Shown here: positions 39,001-52,603 of the stretch, one piece after another
Position numbering within the stretch: the first letter of the stretch is position 1
Layout of the letters: each line of letters opens with the position of its first letter
The notes under the pieces: generated by a model
Told to the model about the DNA's origin: nothing
The model's database searches: none
What the model saw: the letters and a program-made list of their open reading frames with translations, nothing else
DNA from: Balamuthia mandrillaris
Lineage: Eukaryota
Assembly (NCBI GenBank): GCA_031835245.2
Contig: JAVKOQ020000038.1
Coordinates: forward strand, 1-64,000
Direction: 5' to 3'
DNA: 64,000 nt
Position numbers and translations under genes: made by a program

Positions 39001-41252
39001 CCGCCCAGATCATCCTTTTCTTTCCTGGCTCTTCTTCCTTCTCAGGCTATCGCACTTTAGAGTTTCACTTCTCTGAAGCTTCCTCATATCCCTCCCAAAT
39101 CGATCTTCCTGATGATACTTCAACAACAACAACAATTCTTCTTGTGAATTACTTTCAGAGTATCTCCGCAAATGATTTGCTGGTGGTCTTTCCGGGATCC
39201 AGTTTGGCTCTCCATCAACTGACTCCAGTGGGAACGAATAGAAAGGAATTGAGTGAGTATCAACTTGAAATCACCATTCAAGGCATTGTTGAGAAAGATG
39301 AGAACGGAACGGAGCTCGTTTTTCACAGCTTTTCTCTCGAACAGAGGTTTGCCCCACATTTACTCGGAGAAGGAGAAAACGAAGCGCTACGACTAAGCGG
39401 AAGCTACGGTTTACCATCAGCACAAAATCTTTCTATGGAAGCTACATTCAGAATCAACAAAGCCCAACTCTACGACCTTTCGTCTCAAAACATGACAACG
39501 GCTATCGAGAGAAACGGAGTATATTTGGAACTAATGATGAGCACATGGGAGTTCGATCCGGCAACAGTTTCTTTGGAACTAGTCATGAAGCTTTCGAGCA
39601 ATGATGGACCTTTGGTTTCTTTCAACCAAGGTGAAGACGGTTCGTTCCTTGATGAGAATTCTTCTTCAGAGCTTCTAGAAGCAAGAAGAACATCTTTCAT
39701 TTTCGACAACAACAACCGCAGTTCTTTCGTCACCACATTTCGAACCGAAGAAAGTTGGTTGTGGCTAGAAACGATTTTGTCTTCGCCGCACAGAGCTGTT
39801 CAGGAGGAAGATGGAAAGCCATTAGTCTACGTTGGCCTTCCTTTTAGCAACAATGCTTCCATGCTTGAATATCGTTCCATCGTCGTTCTGCAAACATTTT
39901 CTGCTTCTCCATCTTCTTCTTCAGTTTCTGACGACCTCACCAATGAAGATGAGGAAGCTGCCACAGCCAACCTGTTGGTAATCGTATTGCCTTCAGCGTT
40001 GAGCAGTTTGCTGCTCTGTCTTATCACCTTCGGTTTTGTCTTCTTTCGAAAGTATCGCAGAAGAAAAGAAACGAAGAAAGACATAGAAACCTCGATGGAG
40101 ATGTTGGAAGCCTCCGAATACGTTCCTGCGTACGTCTTCAACATCTACAATAACAAAAAGAATCTCAAGAAGAAAGAAGACGACGATGACGCAAGATCAA
40201 GTTTCTCGAATGGAAGTTTGAGCGTAGGAGAGATGTTCGCTTTGAACTTTGAAGAGCTGGAGTTTGGCAAACAGATCGGCAAAGGCTCCTTCGGAGTGGT
40301 CTTCAAAGGCAAATGGAGGCTCACACCAGTCGCCATCAAACTTCTCAACAACTCCCTTCGACAGGAACAACTACAGGAGTTTCGCAAAGAGGTGGAATTG
40401 ATGCAAAACTTGAGACCACACAGCAATGTAGTGTTGTTGTTAGGAGTCTGTTTACATCATCCAGAACATCCTCTGTGCATCGTAACTGAACTTCTTCCGA
40501 ACGGCAGCCTTTTGGACTTTTTGAAGAAACAGAAGAGCCAACTACCAGAAGAAGAGAAGTTGGGATGGAACGAGCTGATGGTGAGAATCGCAAAAGGTGT
40601 AGCTGCTGGAATGCAACACTTGCATGCGGAGCAGATCATTCATTGCGATTTGTCGGCGAGAAACATTTTATTGACGGAGAACCTGGAAGCCAAAGTGGCA
40701 GACTTTGGAATGTCTCGCGTGTTGAGCGCTGAGGAGGACCACCACCAAACTATGTCTAACATTGGTCCAGTTCGATGGATGGTTCGTTGCTTACTCTCCT
40801 TCTCTTCTCTTCGCTTTGCCTTGTGTGTTCTTTTCTTTCGCTTTCCCTTGCTTTCCTCTGTTCGGGTTCCCTTTCTATATTCTCTTTGCTTCACCTTTCT
40901 TTTTCCTCTTGTTTACTTTCGTTTTTTTCTGTCTTTTTCTTTAAAGGCCCCGGAGAGCCTCAAAGATAGAGTCTATTCTGAGAAGACGGACGCATGGAGC
41001 TTTGGAGTGGTGCTATGGGAGATTGCCACCTTTGGTGAGATGCCCTACAAAAACCTCACCACAATGCAAGTAACGGTAGAAGTGGTAATGGGCAGAATTC
41101 GTCTAGAGGCGCCTGAAGGAACGCCGGAGGTCTTCTGTGAGTTGATGGAACAGTGTTTAGCCTCGAACCCGGAGGAGAGACCCACTTTTGAGAACATTCA
41201 TTGTCGCTTGCAAAAGGCCCACAAGTCGTTGAAGGCTTCCTCTCAGAAGTGA
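36049..41252 (+). CDS. Receptor tyrosine kinase-like protein: signal peptide, kelch repeats, Cys-rich repeats, Calx-beta-like and beta-sandwich domains, TM, Tyr-kinase domain; multi-exon
   Basis: Kelch-like KLYLLSG, KLYAYAG, IWIVGG; repeats CTSDLPFRCEDGSC and VCWDGTC; TVPFSITGTAREGTDY; TM LLVIVLPSALSSLLLCLITFGFVFF; kinase IGKGSFG, VAIK, HCDLSARN, DFG, GPVRWM-APES, DAWSFGVVLWE. Confidence 0.9.
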
Positions 41253-41357
41253 ACCACAAGAAATATTAGGTTCGTTGTTGTTTTGTTGTACATACTAAGC
41301 ACATTGTTTTCTCTTTAAATACAAGTGGAAGAAAAAAACATGAAGAGAAGAAAGAGC

Positions 41358-44207
41358 TTAAAAGTTAACATTGGCGCGTTGGCTGACTTGACGTCTCTTC
41401 TTTTGCACTAACACGACCGCCACCGCTACTGCCACCACTATGACAAACAACACTACTGGAATGGTGACCTTCCACCATAGCCCGTCATCGTCTTCCTCCT
41501 TTTCTTCGTCCTCCAACAGCAACGACATGTCAGGGTCCAATAACACAGAGCCGTGCTCGAACCAAGGCAAACGGATCACCAACTCCTGTTCTTCTCCTTT
41601 CCATCTCGCACTCACCCTCACCTGCAGTGGTTCGTCGTCATCGTTTAGAAGAAGAGCCAAGGGCAGGACGTTCACTGGGATCTCTGTGTTCTCGGTTCCA
41701 AGCTGCAACATCCACACTTGGGTTTCGTCCGCTTGCTCTTCGGATCGCAAGAAGATGGTTCCATCCTCACTGGAGAGGAAGAGATGCAACTCCAAGGAAT
41801 GAGAGTGGTGTTGAAAGGGCCAAGAGGATAGCAATAAGCTCCACTTGAGAGTGTTGGCCGCTATTACCTGCTCCACCCCGGCAAAGGATATGGCTTGCTC
41901 TTCTGCGAACATCGTGAATTCCACTTTCATCATGACGCTCTCCGTCAGGTTGGTCGTCTCTTTTGCTTCTCCGTCTCCAATGAAAGTTGTGAGCGATGTG
42001 ATATTGGCAGCGAAGGAGAGGAATGGAAGAGCGTTGTTGAGGTTGAAGGTAGCGTTGTCGAACTGCGTTGCCTCGAATTCTGTGTCCTGCAAAGGCACAA
42101 TCGCAACAACTTCTCCGTCTTCGTTTACCTCCGTCAAAGTGGCGAACTGAGCGGAGACGGAGCGGTTGGTCAGAGTTTGGTTGCCGTCTTGTGGGTCCAG
42201 GAGAGAAAGAGTGTGGTCTGGTTTTGTAGGATCGGGGAAGACGGCCAGAACGGTGGCTTGTTCAGGCTGAAAGGTGAGGGGTGGCTGGAAGGAAACTTGA
42301 ATGAAGAAGGCCATATCCAGGAAGAAAGACTCGCTGAAGAAGTCGGGCGCCACTCGAATGGTGATCGTGGCTTCTTCTTGCAACGTTGCAGGTAACCTGA
42401 AAATGTTTAGCTGAGCTTCAGACTCGTTTTGAGAAATATCCACCGCCACGTTCAACAAAGACGCTCGGTTTGGTTCGGAGGGAGGAGGTTGTGTGGTGAA
42501 ATGTTGCCCGTACACAAGTCCTGCTGATAGCTCCAGGGAGAGATGCAGTTGCACAGCAGAATCAGGAAAAGGTGAGGAAAGCCGAAGCGGAAGGCTCAGG
42601 GAGCTGTCTGTAGAAAACGGAAGCTGAAAGGATGTGGATTGAATGTTCCATGAAAGGAGAGGTCGGTCGTTGCAATTGCAGGTCGTGTGTTCTTCCTCGC
42701 ATGGGGTGATGCACACAAAGACATTGTCAACGCGTTCTTCCATTCGAAGGACAGGTTTGTTGTTGTTTCCTTCCAGCTGAAGGGGAAGTAGGCTGTGAAG
42801 CCTCGCGCTCCACCCGGAAGGCAAAAACATCAACTGGCGATGTACCGTGTTATGTTTGAAAGAGAGCAACCCGTTTGTTTGCAAAGAGCTCCTATCCTCC
42901 AAGCTTACTAAAAACATGGGTTCAAATGAAGAACATTACAACGCTGAACGAATTACAAAGTTGAAAGGTTGCGAAGAAACAAAAATAACATCGAGAGAAC
43001 ATCAATGCACCTATCGTATCTGCTCTATTATTTTCAAATAGCATGTCGGCGCCATACATGGTCATAATAACCTTCCCTTGCAGACAAAGTACGTAATCGC
43101 CGCCATTGCCGTGAAAGAGAAGTGTGCCACCGCTGCTGGTTACGTTGCAATCTTGCACCACTGCTATCGCTGTATCACATGATATGCAGCGTTAGAATAA
43201 AAATAAAAAAGTTTGATCTATCTGCAGACAGTTAAACCAACTCACTTGTGTCGTTGTCCTTGACACAGTTTTCGATAAATGAAACGTTTTCAAATGTCCA
43301 ATCTACATTGATGAGGTGCAATGGTTCTACATGTGAAACAAGAAGAAGAAAATGAACGGGAAGAACATGATGAACATGAAGATGAAGAAGAAGAAGAAGA
43401 AGAAGAAGAAGAAGAAGAAGAAGAAGAACAACAACAACAACAACAACAACAACCGAAGTTAAAAAAAAAGGAGAACAAGCAATCAACAACGCCATACCAC
43501 TGAATAAACCTTCTCCACATCCGGTCCCTCGCACTAGTACATTGGTCATATCCAACCTGCTCAGCTCAGTACGAAAAGTGTTGAGGATAAAGCCACCGAA
43601 GGAGTTTTGAATGACGACGTCTCTCAACTCCACACTTAAGGGGGCGGATGGATGTAACACGAAAGCAGTGTCTGAGGAACACTCTATGACCAGATGGTGG
43701 AAGGCGATATTGTAGACCGTATTACCCTGCTGCTGAAATCGGAAACAACCCTCGTTGGTGTCTGAACCTCTTATCACTGCGGGTTCCTCTCCCGCTTTCC
43801 CCCTATTAAATATAGAGTTATGACAGACCTCGCAACAAAACGAAAAACAAAAGAACAAGAAAAGTAAAAATAAACAAACAAGATAACGAAAGGAATACCT
43901 GTATGTAACACTATTCCCCAGACTGACAGTTGAGGTGATGCTATATTCCCCTGCAGCAAGGATGTACTCTTCAAAATTCATAAGCACTGCAAATGGGTCG
44001 CCACACGGGTCCGTCTCCAGACAATCTTGTCCCGTAGCGCCTGGGCTGAAGTAACCTGCCGAGAAGGGTTGGGAAAGGGCAAGTCCGTCCAAACAATAAA
44101 AAACAAAAGGAGACGAATCCACCCATCACCTCACCTGTTTGCGCATACGCAAGGGCACACGCCCAGCAAACGAACAGAGTAACGACAAAAGAGCAGCCTG
44201 CCCTCAT
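41358..44207 (-). CDS. Type I surface protein: signal peptide, beta-helix-like N-region, ComC-type supersandwich domain, TM, tail ending VNF; multi-exon
   Basis: MRAGCSFVVTLFVCWACALAYA signal peptide; ATLTEVNEDGEVV, ISFAGVEQVIAANTLKWSLLLSSWPF and IRLPWF...LLDPDMSLLL resemble the Dictyostelium ComC C-terminal sandwich (from memory); TM; tail KKRRQVSQRANVNF. Confidence 0.8.
43380..43452 (-). repeat. Intronic (GAA)n(CAA)n microsatellite
   Basis: Inside an intron of the minus-strand surface-protein gene. Confidence 0.9.
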
Positions 44208-44451
44208 AACGATGGGGTCCCAATGGCAAGACAGTGACTCCCTTAGGTAAAATGAATCTTACCACATTAAATTAATCAACCAAGATTTGCGGGCAAATTT
44301 CGTTCGTTCAAATTATTCAAAATAATCGACTGGTCTCCAATTATTATTTGTCGACTACCACCGCTATCATGTCGTCTTGTATGTATTGTCGACAATTTAC
44401 TTGAGGGTTGCTTAGTAAAATATCACAAAGAAAATAAAAGAAAGAGAGAAG

Positions 44452-45040
44452 ATGCTTCGCGGTGCTACTGCTTCGTTGGCCCCTTCCGTCGTGGGACGTG
44501 CTGCTGCCGCCGCCACCACCTCCTTGGGCACCAGGGCATCGGCGGTTGGTGGAAGGCTGTGTTTGAGCTCTTCCACTCACTGCCCCCCCGCGCTGGCCGC
44601 TCCCTCCTTGATAGCCCACTTCTCCTCGACGGCCACCTCCGCCGCCACCTCCCACAGGAAACAGGTGGACAGGCCCCTTAGCCCCCACGTCACCATCTAT
44701 CGTTTCCCTTTGACCGCCATTACCTCCATCACAACTCGTGCCACTGGCGTTGGCCTTACTGTTGGTAAAAAAAAAAATGCATCTCTCTTTTCTATTTTTG
44801 TTTTCATTTCATCTCTCTAATCTATCCTCACCTTTTTTCTTTTTTTTTTTTTTTGATGGTTGTGTAGGCTTGTACACGACTGCCATTTATAGCTTGTTTG
44901 CCGCGCCAGGAAGCGTGGCGGAGATGATCGAGGCCTGCAAGTCCACCGTTCCTATCTTGGTTCCTGTTGCCAAGGCCACCGTCGCCTTTCCCTTTGTCTT
45001 CCACTACCTCTCTGGCATTAGGCACTTGGTATGTTTATAC

Positions 45041-45084
<44 letters not shown>

Positions 45085-45252
45085 TTCTACCTCGAAGTGA
45101 ATGTATGTTGCTTACTACTTTATCGCTTCAACAAATAGATCTGGGATGCGACCGCAGAGGGGTTGACCTTGCCACAAACCCACCGCACCTCCCAACTGCT
45201 TGTTGGCAGCAGCATTGCTCTCACCGCTGTCTTGGCTTTTCTTACTGTTTAA
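44452..45252 (+). CDS. SDH3: Succinate dehydrogenase cytochrome b560 subunit, nuclear-encoded with mitochondrial presequence, 3 exons
   Basis: Arg/Ala/Ser-rich presequence; RPLSPHVTIYR; SITTRATG; FHYLSGIRHL-IWD; last exon 45139-45252. Confidence 0.93.
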
Positions 45253-45423
45253 ACCCTCATCGCCACACAAAGCCAATCCCTTTTTTGCATTTTTATTAAC
45301 ATTTATTCAATTCTGCTTTTCTCTCTTCTCTCTCTTTTGTCCCTTTGCGCTTTGCTCTTCTTTCACAGACTTTTATTAGTCTTTTGTTCTCAAAGCCTAC
45401 ACAGCGATGAGTACTCCTCAGTT

Positions 45424-46955
45424 TCAATGTACAGCAGAATTATTCGGGTTCCTATTCTCCTCATTCTTCCTCCGCCTCACTGCTTTCTTCTGCGTTGCGG
45501 TTGTTGTTGTCTTTTTACTGGCGGATGAAGTACTTCTGTTTGGTGGTTGTTGAGGTTTTTGTTGGCGCGTTGTTCTTCTAACAGAACTGCTTCTCTTCTG
45601 CTTTTCTTCTTCTAGTTCGTCGTCATCGTCGTCGTCGTCTTCGTCTTCTTCGTCTTGATGATGAGAACGGTGGCCCTCGGACAAACAACGCATCACGCGG
45701 GTCACCAGTTGTGCTTTCCTGCCGGTGGTCGCTTGTCCATGGATGGAGAGGAAGCGTTGCAGCTGCACCACTTTGTACTCTCTCGTCAGTTGTTTGGCCG
45801 TTATACCAAATGCTATGCCTGCCAAGTCTTCTGGAAGCTCTATTTCAGGTTCGGCTTCCTCTTCCTCTTCTTCACTTTCCTCTTCAACCTCCTCCTCTTC
45901 TTCACTTTCTTCGTCCTCTTCTTCTTCTGAAGGAGGAGTAAGTATCTCCCGTCGTGTTCCTTTAGGCCGCATTTGTGCTTCTTCATCTTCGCTTTCTTCG
46001 TCCTGTTGAATTGCTTCGTTGTTTCTTTGTCTCTTAGCCTCTTTTTCTTCCTCTTCATCCACTTCTTCATCTTCTTGGTCCTTTATCTCGTCATCTTCCT
46101 CTTTTTCTTCCTCCGCTTCCACATTGTTTCCCATTTGCTGTTCTTCCTTTTCCTTGATGGAGCGCAGCGCCTCCTCCACGGACATCAAGTTAAACATCTT
46201 TGTCATCAGCTCTTCCACTATCACTTCTTTCTTCTTTCCTCCCTCCAAACGAAAGTGTGCCGCCCACCTCCTTAACACCTGCACGTTCATTCTGTTTCCG
46301 CAACCAAGAGAATTGGGTCAACAAAGAGAGCAAAGAGAAAAAGAGGGAAGAGACATACACGAAAAAGGCGGTTTCCACGCCGAGCAAAACGAGCTCTTCG
46401 GTCAGCTGCTCAATGAGGTCCCGCAAGGGCTGCTCCGTGGGAATGTTCAGCGCTTGAGCGCAGGCCTTGAGGGAGCTCTCCTTCAAATAGGGAAAGATGT
46501 TCTCCGCTCCTTTGGCCTTCATCCTTTCGTCGAGGACTTCGGGCATGAGCCGCGGACCTTCCTCGATCTCTTCATCATACTCGGCTGGGATTAAACTAGG
46601 GTCAGTGAGAAGAACTTCCACGGTTCCAAGGTCGAGCTTGGCCACAAAGTTTTCGATGCCAATGTCCAAACACTCTTTCGTCTATGGTGCGTGTTTTTTT
46701 TATTTCCGATAAGTTCAAGATTAAGATAAGAAAGAAACGACTACGGAGAAGCAAGAGAGTCCGAGCGAGAAGGAGATGGGAAAGATGAACAAGAAGAACA
46801 AGAAAGAAGAAAAGGGGTACCATGCGTTGCACAAGATCAGGGAAAGGAATATTGGCTTTGAACCCGACCGTGGCGATGCTGAGGATCGAGTCCTCGAGCA
46901 AGGAGCGTGGCAGGCCCTCACACGCCTTCGTTATGATGACCTTCAGCGCAGACAT
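45424..46955 (-). CDS. SAP-domain protein with acidic tracts, about 3 exons
   Basis: YKVVQLQRFLSIHGQATTGRKAQLVTRV fits the SAP motif; a second SAP/HeH-like segment VQVLRRWAAHFRLEGGKKKEVIVEEL; basic C-terminus. Confidence 0.7.
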
Positions 46956-47126
46956 TTTCCGGTGGTTTGATCTTTATTATGATTAAAAGCTTTGGGGGGG
47001 GGTGTGCCTTCTGCTGTACATACACTCTTTTCCTTGTTGTTGTTGCTACGTTTTTTTTTTTTTCACCCGTTGACAGTTTGGCGAAAAAAAGGCGGGAAAA
47101 TTTTACGTTGAATATTTGGTGGGTCT

Positions 47127-48420
47127 TTAGCCATAACGTGCCAAAGCGAACTCCAGCAGAGGGTCCAGGATAAGTTCTGGCATTAGCCATTGCATGTAAT
47201 AGAGAACGGCGGCCCAAGGACCCACGCGATAGCGTGCTGCGGGGCGATAGGCCGTGAGGGCCTCCCAACACACCTCTGCCACTGGTTGAGGATGGCCGCT
47301 GCCTTTGAGTTGCTGCTCCGCGCTTGCTTTGTATTGTCTCAAAGCGGATGCGTAACGAGAAGTGGGGAGCTTGCGCTTGTTAGTTTGGGCGTCCCCTTGA
47401 TTCTTTGGGGATGAGGAGCTCGTAACAGTGGAGCAAGTGGACTCTATGTACTTGTCAACACCGGGACTGCGGAACATAGCCGGTTGAATGATGGACACTC
47501 CGATGCGCCATGGTCGAAGCTCTTGCCTCAGTGCATCAGCCATTGCTTCCATTGCTCTAATAAACACGCCCAGAGCATTGAATGAGAACAAAGCAAAAAC
47601 AGGAACGTGGGAATGGAGAGAGAATCACCTTTTGGAAGCAGCATAAAAGCCGTTGAAGACAAGTGTGTTAAAAGCAGCCACAGAGCTAACAAACAGGATC
47701 CTTCCTTGTGCAGCTGGTCCAGGCAGAGACGCTTCATCATGTGCTCCTTCATCGACCTCGTTTCGCATGAGAGGCAAGAAGGCCTGCACCACACGAACGC
47801 AACCCATGGCGTTGACGTCCATCACCCTCTGTATGGTCTCTTGGTCGGTCTCCTCCATAGGACCAACCAAAGAAATGCCTGCGTTGTTGATGATGCCCCA
47901 TAACTTCACCTGAGTGCCATACTCTCTCTACTTTCGTTTGTTAGCAAGTGGGAAAGGCTCTAAAAACACATCACAAAAAAGGCACAAAAAGGTGTACCTC
48001 GTCTTTGCGTTTGTCTCTTCGTCTCTTTCTTCGCTCTGAAAGAATGTCCTGAGCCGCTTGGGCAGCCTGCTGGACAGAGTCGTTGGAAGTCACGTCAAGA
48101 TAGAGTGGCACCACACTGCTGTCGTCTTCCTTGCCGTGCATCTCCTGCTCTTCCAACCACGCGCGATAGTCCTGGGCGCTTCTCACGGCAGCAAACACAT
48201 GGAAGCCTCTCCCGACCAAGCAATGGACCACCGTCCTGCCAATGCCGGAGGAAGTGCCGGTGACCAACACCCACCTCTCGCTGTTTGCAAAGTGTGCGCT
48301 CCGCCGAAAGCGACCCGTTTGGATGCGTGCCACCAAGTCAAGCAACGCCTTGCATAGGACCAACACAGCAAAGAGCAACCACCACCACCACCCAGCAGGG
48401 ATACTGCCACCCAGCAGCAT
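47127..48420 (-). CDS. Membrane-anchored short-chain dehydrogenase/reductase (retinol DH / 17-beta-HSD-like), 3 exons
   Basis: N-terminal TM; VLVTGTSSGIG; INNAG; YAASK; DALRQELRPWRIGVSIIQP. Confidence 0.92.
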
Positions 48421-48658
48421 TTCCCTTCTTCTTTGTCGACGAAAAAAAGCAAAGAATTACCGTCGACACTGCTGGTTTGCCTGCACAATTGCTGCTCCAG
48501 AACTTCAGCAGTTGTGCTGGAAAAATAAAACCTAAAATGGAGAATGTTCCAGAATTCGAGAACACGTCATTTCATTTAATTTTTACCTTATATAGGTTTG
48601 ACAAAGAGAAAGAGAATCATTTTTTGCATTGTGAAACTCAAACACACACCAAAACACT

Positions 48659-49644
48659 ATGGAGACACCAGACCGCCCCCTTTTGATGATTCCTGGTCCC
48701 ACTGAGTTCAGTGAGGTTCTTTGCTTTTCTTCCTTCTTTTCCTTCATGTATTATTTATTTATTTTTTTCGGGTGTAACTCACTTTTTTTTTTGTCCTTTG
48801 CCTCTTCTCTCATCTCTTTCGTTGATGTGCAATGAATTTTTTTTTTCTCGTTAAAAAGGCGGTGTTGGAGGCCATGGGAAAGCCTAGCCCCAGCCATGTT
48901 GCCCCGCAGTTCATTGAAACCTTTGGCAAGTGCATCGAGCAGCTGAGGAGAGTGTTCTTGACGGCCAAAGGACAGCCCTTTGTGTTGGCTGGCTCTGGCA
49001 CCCTCGCTTGGGACATGACTGCTTGCAACCTGCTTGAGAAGGGCGACAAGGCGCTTGTTGTCAGCACTGGCTACTTCAGCGAGGGCTTTGCTGATTGGTA
49101 TGGTTCCATTTCTTGTTCTTATGACTCTTCTTTATTTGTGCTCTTGTGTCACCCTTATGGCTCTTATCCCTCTGTTTGTTTTATGCCTTTCGTTCACTCT
49201 TTGCTTCTCGTTTCTTTCTTTCTTTTCTCTCTCTCTCTCTCTCTCTCTCCTCTCGCTTTCCATTTCCTCGTGTAACCCTCTTTCTCTCTCAGCTTAGAAG
49301 CATACGGTGCCACAGTCACCAAACTAGAGGCTCCGGTTGGTGATTGCCCAACTCTGGATGCTCTGTCGGAGGCTTTGTCCGCCGAAGAGAAGCCCTATCG
49401 CCTGGTAACGCTCACTCATGTCGATACATCAACGGGCGTGTTCACCGACGTGAAGGCATTTGCCGAGAGGATCCGTCAATTGAGCCCTCAAACGTTGATC
49501 GTGGTGGATGGTGTCTGTGCCTCCGCAGCTGAGGAGCTGCGCATGGATGAATGGGATGTGGATGTGGTGGTCACTGCCTCTCAAAAGGCTATTGGCGTAC
49601 CTCCAGGTCTTGCTATCCTTATCGCCAGCGAAAGAGCTATGGTT

Positions 49645-49679
<35 letters not shown>

Positions 49680-50456
49680 CGTATGAAACTATGAAGCAAA
49701 TGATGTTTTTATGCATGTATTACATGAAGTACATTTCTTTGTACTATTATGATTACTTTCTATCGCTGATGCTTCTTCTTGTTCTATTTAGTTGTATTGG
49801 GTTATTTTCTATTGTTAAAACTCACATATACTATTGCACTATAGAATCATTTCCAACAAAGAACAACACCTGTGGCAAACTACTTTTGTGACTGGAAGCG
49901 ATGGCTGCCCATCATGCAAAGCTATGAGCGCCGCCAACCGAGCTACTTTGCCACTCCTCCTGTCAACCTGATTCAAGCCCTCTCCGTCAGCCTCGACGAG
50001 ATCGTAGAGCAGCAAGGCATGGAAGCCCGGTTCAAGCAACATAGGGAATGCGCCGCTCGTTTCAGGAAGGCCGTCAAGCAAGGGCTTGGTCTTGAGGTAG
50101 TGCCTGTCCGGGAGGAGCTTCAGGCCAATACCATTACTGCCATTCGTTATCCTCAAGGTTTTTATTGCGTTTCTTTGCTAAAGAATCCTTTCTTCTCAAC
50201 AAACGAACAAACAACAACAGGAATAAAGGGACCTGAATTGTTGGTGAAGTTGAAGGAAAAGGGTATCATTGCTGCAGGAGGAATCCACCGCCAGATCAGA
50301 GCGGAGTACTTCCGCATTGGCCACATGGGAGTGAGCGTAATGCACTGGCAAGAAAACAAACATCTGGAGAAGACGGTTCGTGCTCTGCAAGACTCGTTGA
50401 AAGAACTCGGCCATTCCTTCCCCGAGAACGCTGCCGTTTCTGCTTTCTTGGAATGA
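48659..50456 (+). CDS. AGXT: Alanine--glyoxylate / serine--pyruvate aminotransferase (class V PLP), 5 exons
   Basis: LLMIPGPTE; AGSGTLAWD; THVDTSTGV; VVDGVC; ASQKAIGVPPGL (PLP Lys); YFATPPVNLI; YFRIGHMG. Confidence 0.93.
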
Positions 50457-50504
50457 GAGATGAAGCCCCAAACAAAACAAAAAAAAAACTTACTCGAATG
50501 CCGT

Positions 50505-50549
<45 letters not shown>

Positions 50550-50627
50550 CTTTCTTTACTTCTCTTTCTCTCTCTCTTTCACATAGAACTAAGAAAGCGT
50601 CACTTATCTACAAAACAACAATTATAT

Positions 50628-52041
50628 TCAAGACTGCTGGGTCAACAACGAGGCAGCACCGTTAAGTGGGCACACTTGGTCAATGGCACGGTGAATAGCA
50701 GCCTCTGGCACGCCGCTCTCGCACATGCTCACAAAGGACATGGCATGCTCGAGGCCATGATATTCCACCGCCAAGTTGAAGCACTGCCTGTGGAAACGAA
50801 GCACGCTGGACTCGACGCAAGCACGGTTCCTGCTATTTACTGCCATCTTCTGGGACATGTAGATCTCCGGATGAGCTTCGCCGGAAGCCACTTCCACGAT
50901 GCGTTGGAAGGTGTAGCGCACTCGTTCGCGTCTCTGCAGCATCTGAGCAAGCTGCAGTTTGACAGAGGCATCGGTAGGGTTGACCTTACTACGGTGCAGC
51001 AATATCTGCACGTCGACATCGCGAGACTCGATAGCATCGACGATGGGAACCGCTTGGGACACAGAAGAAACCTGCTCCTTACCGAAGAAGTTGGCAACGG
51101 GCTGTTCGCTCACACTCATTTGCCCAAACTGACAAACCGGGCTGGTGGTGGTCTCGTTCTTGACGAGGAGGTACTGCTCTTCCAGGGTCTCCTTGGTTAG
51201 ATCGTCCACGTCCGAGTCCTCCATCCATTTGACACTGTACACATCCCCCAAGTAAGTCTGCCTCTCGCTGTCGAAATAGCAGGCGTAGGAGGAGAGTTCA
51301 GCGTTGGAGGCGGTGGTGGCGTATATCGCAATATCATCGGGCAACACGTCCTGGAACATGGAGCCAGACTCGCAGGCCTCCAGATAGAAGAGCAGCTGCT
51401 TGTACATGCCTTGGTCATGCATGTATTGGAGGGCGGCATTCAAGTCGGTGGCCGAGAGCAGCTCCTCAGGGAAGCAGATGACGGAGGGGCCACCATGGTC
51501 CACAAAGTTGATGAACACTCGGTCCTGGCGTGTGCTCTGCAGGACGCGACCCGAGCCCACCCCCTCCATGGCGGTTGCGTTGCCCTTGATGACGTTGAGG
51601 AAGTTGGTGGGGTTGACGTCACTGCCGCGGTAGTCGATCTCCACCCCACTGTAGACGTTGGGGCCGTCGGGCTTGTTGATGATGACCCCAGGCGTTGGGT
51701 TCTCGCTGCTGTTAGCAATGTCGCCGTACATGAAGGTGATGATGTTCTCTTTCTTGAAGCCATGTTCGACCAACACCTGATAGGCATGGCACACATCCGC
51801 CTGCGTGGTTTTTTTTTTTCATGTTGAGTGAGGAAGCTCAGATAAATGGAAACAAGAACAAACGAACCTGATGGCGGTAGTTGAACCATGAGTTGGAACC
51901 AGCCACAAGCACGGCGTAGTTCTCTCCTTTGGCGCTGTCGGGCTCCTCCAAGGGCCATGGCACGGGCGGGGCAGCGCTCCACGCCCACCCCGCCAACCCC
52001 AGCAGCAACAACACCGCCCAACCGCCAACGCTGCTCGCCAT
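50628..52041 (-). CDS. LGMN: Legumain / asparaginyl endopeptidase (peptidase C13), 2 exons
   Basis: Signal peptide; [24 protein letters not shown]; catalytic DHG and EACESGSMF; LGDVYSVKWMEDSD; C-terminal prodomain cysteines. Confidence 0.95.
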
Positions 52042-52603
52042 CCCTCCTGCTTGTGCGTTTGTGCGTATGTTTTTTGGCTGCGAGAGACACTCCTGAGAGA
52101 GAGTGTTCTTTTTGTTTTGTTTTGTTTTGTTGGAAAGAGAGAGTGAGAGAAGGCTGTGGGGCGTGCAAACACAGTGTGGGAGAAAAGGCGGAGGAATGCA
52201 AAGAAGAACGCAGAAAATTCACAATTATTATGCCCTTAACCGGTGAGATTTTTCTTGGTATGGAAAATAAAACGTGGGGGGGCTGAAAAAAGGGGAAAAC
52301 AGGCAGAAAATGGGTAGGGTTTGCTGGGAGAATGGGTTGGTTCGACGAAAAGTCGCGGAAAGCTGGGCTGGTTTTAGCAAAGCGTACGTCAGCTTATCTT
52401 TGTTTGGAAATATTTAATTAATTTAGCGTAATGAACCCTCAGCAGGGGAAACTTACCGGTGTACCCGTAGCCGCTAAGAAGCAAGAGCAAGCAGAGGAGG
52501 AAGAAGGAATGCGAAGAAGAGGACAAACGATGGTTGGCGCTGCCTGCTGCCAATGCCAACCATTCCTTTATTTTGGTTGAAAACCAAAGGTAGACCAAAT
52601 GGT

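Noticed and set aside
44715..44745. SDH3 SITTR instead of SxxHR as a loss-of-function sign
   Set aside because: The Ser and Arg and the heme-region HYLSGIRH are retained; this position varies among eukaryotes.
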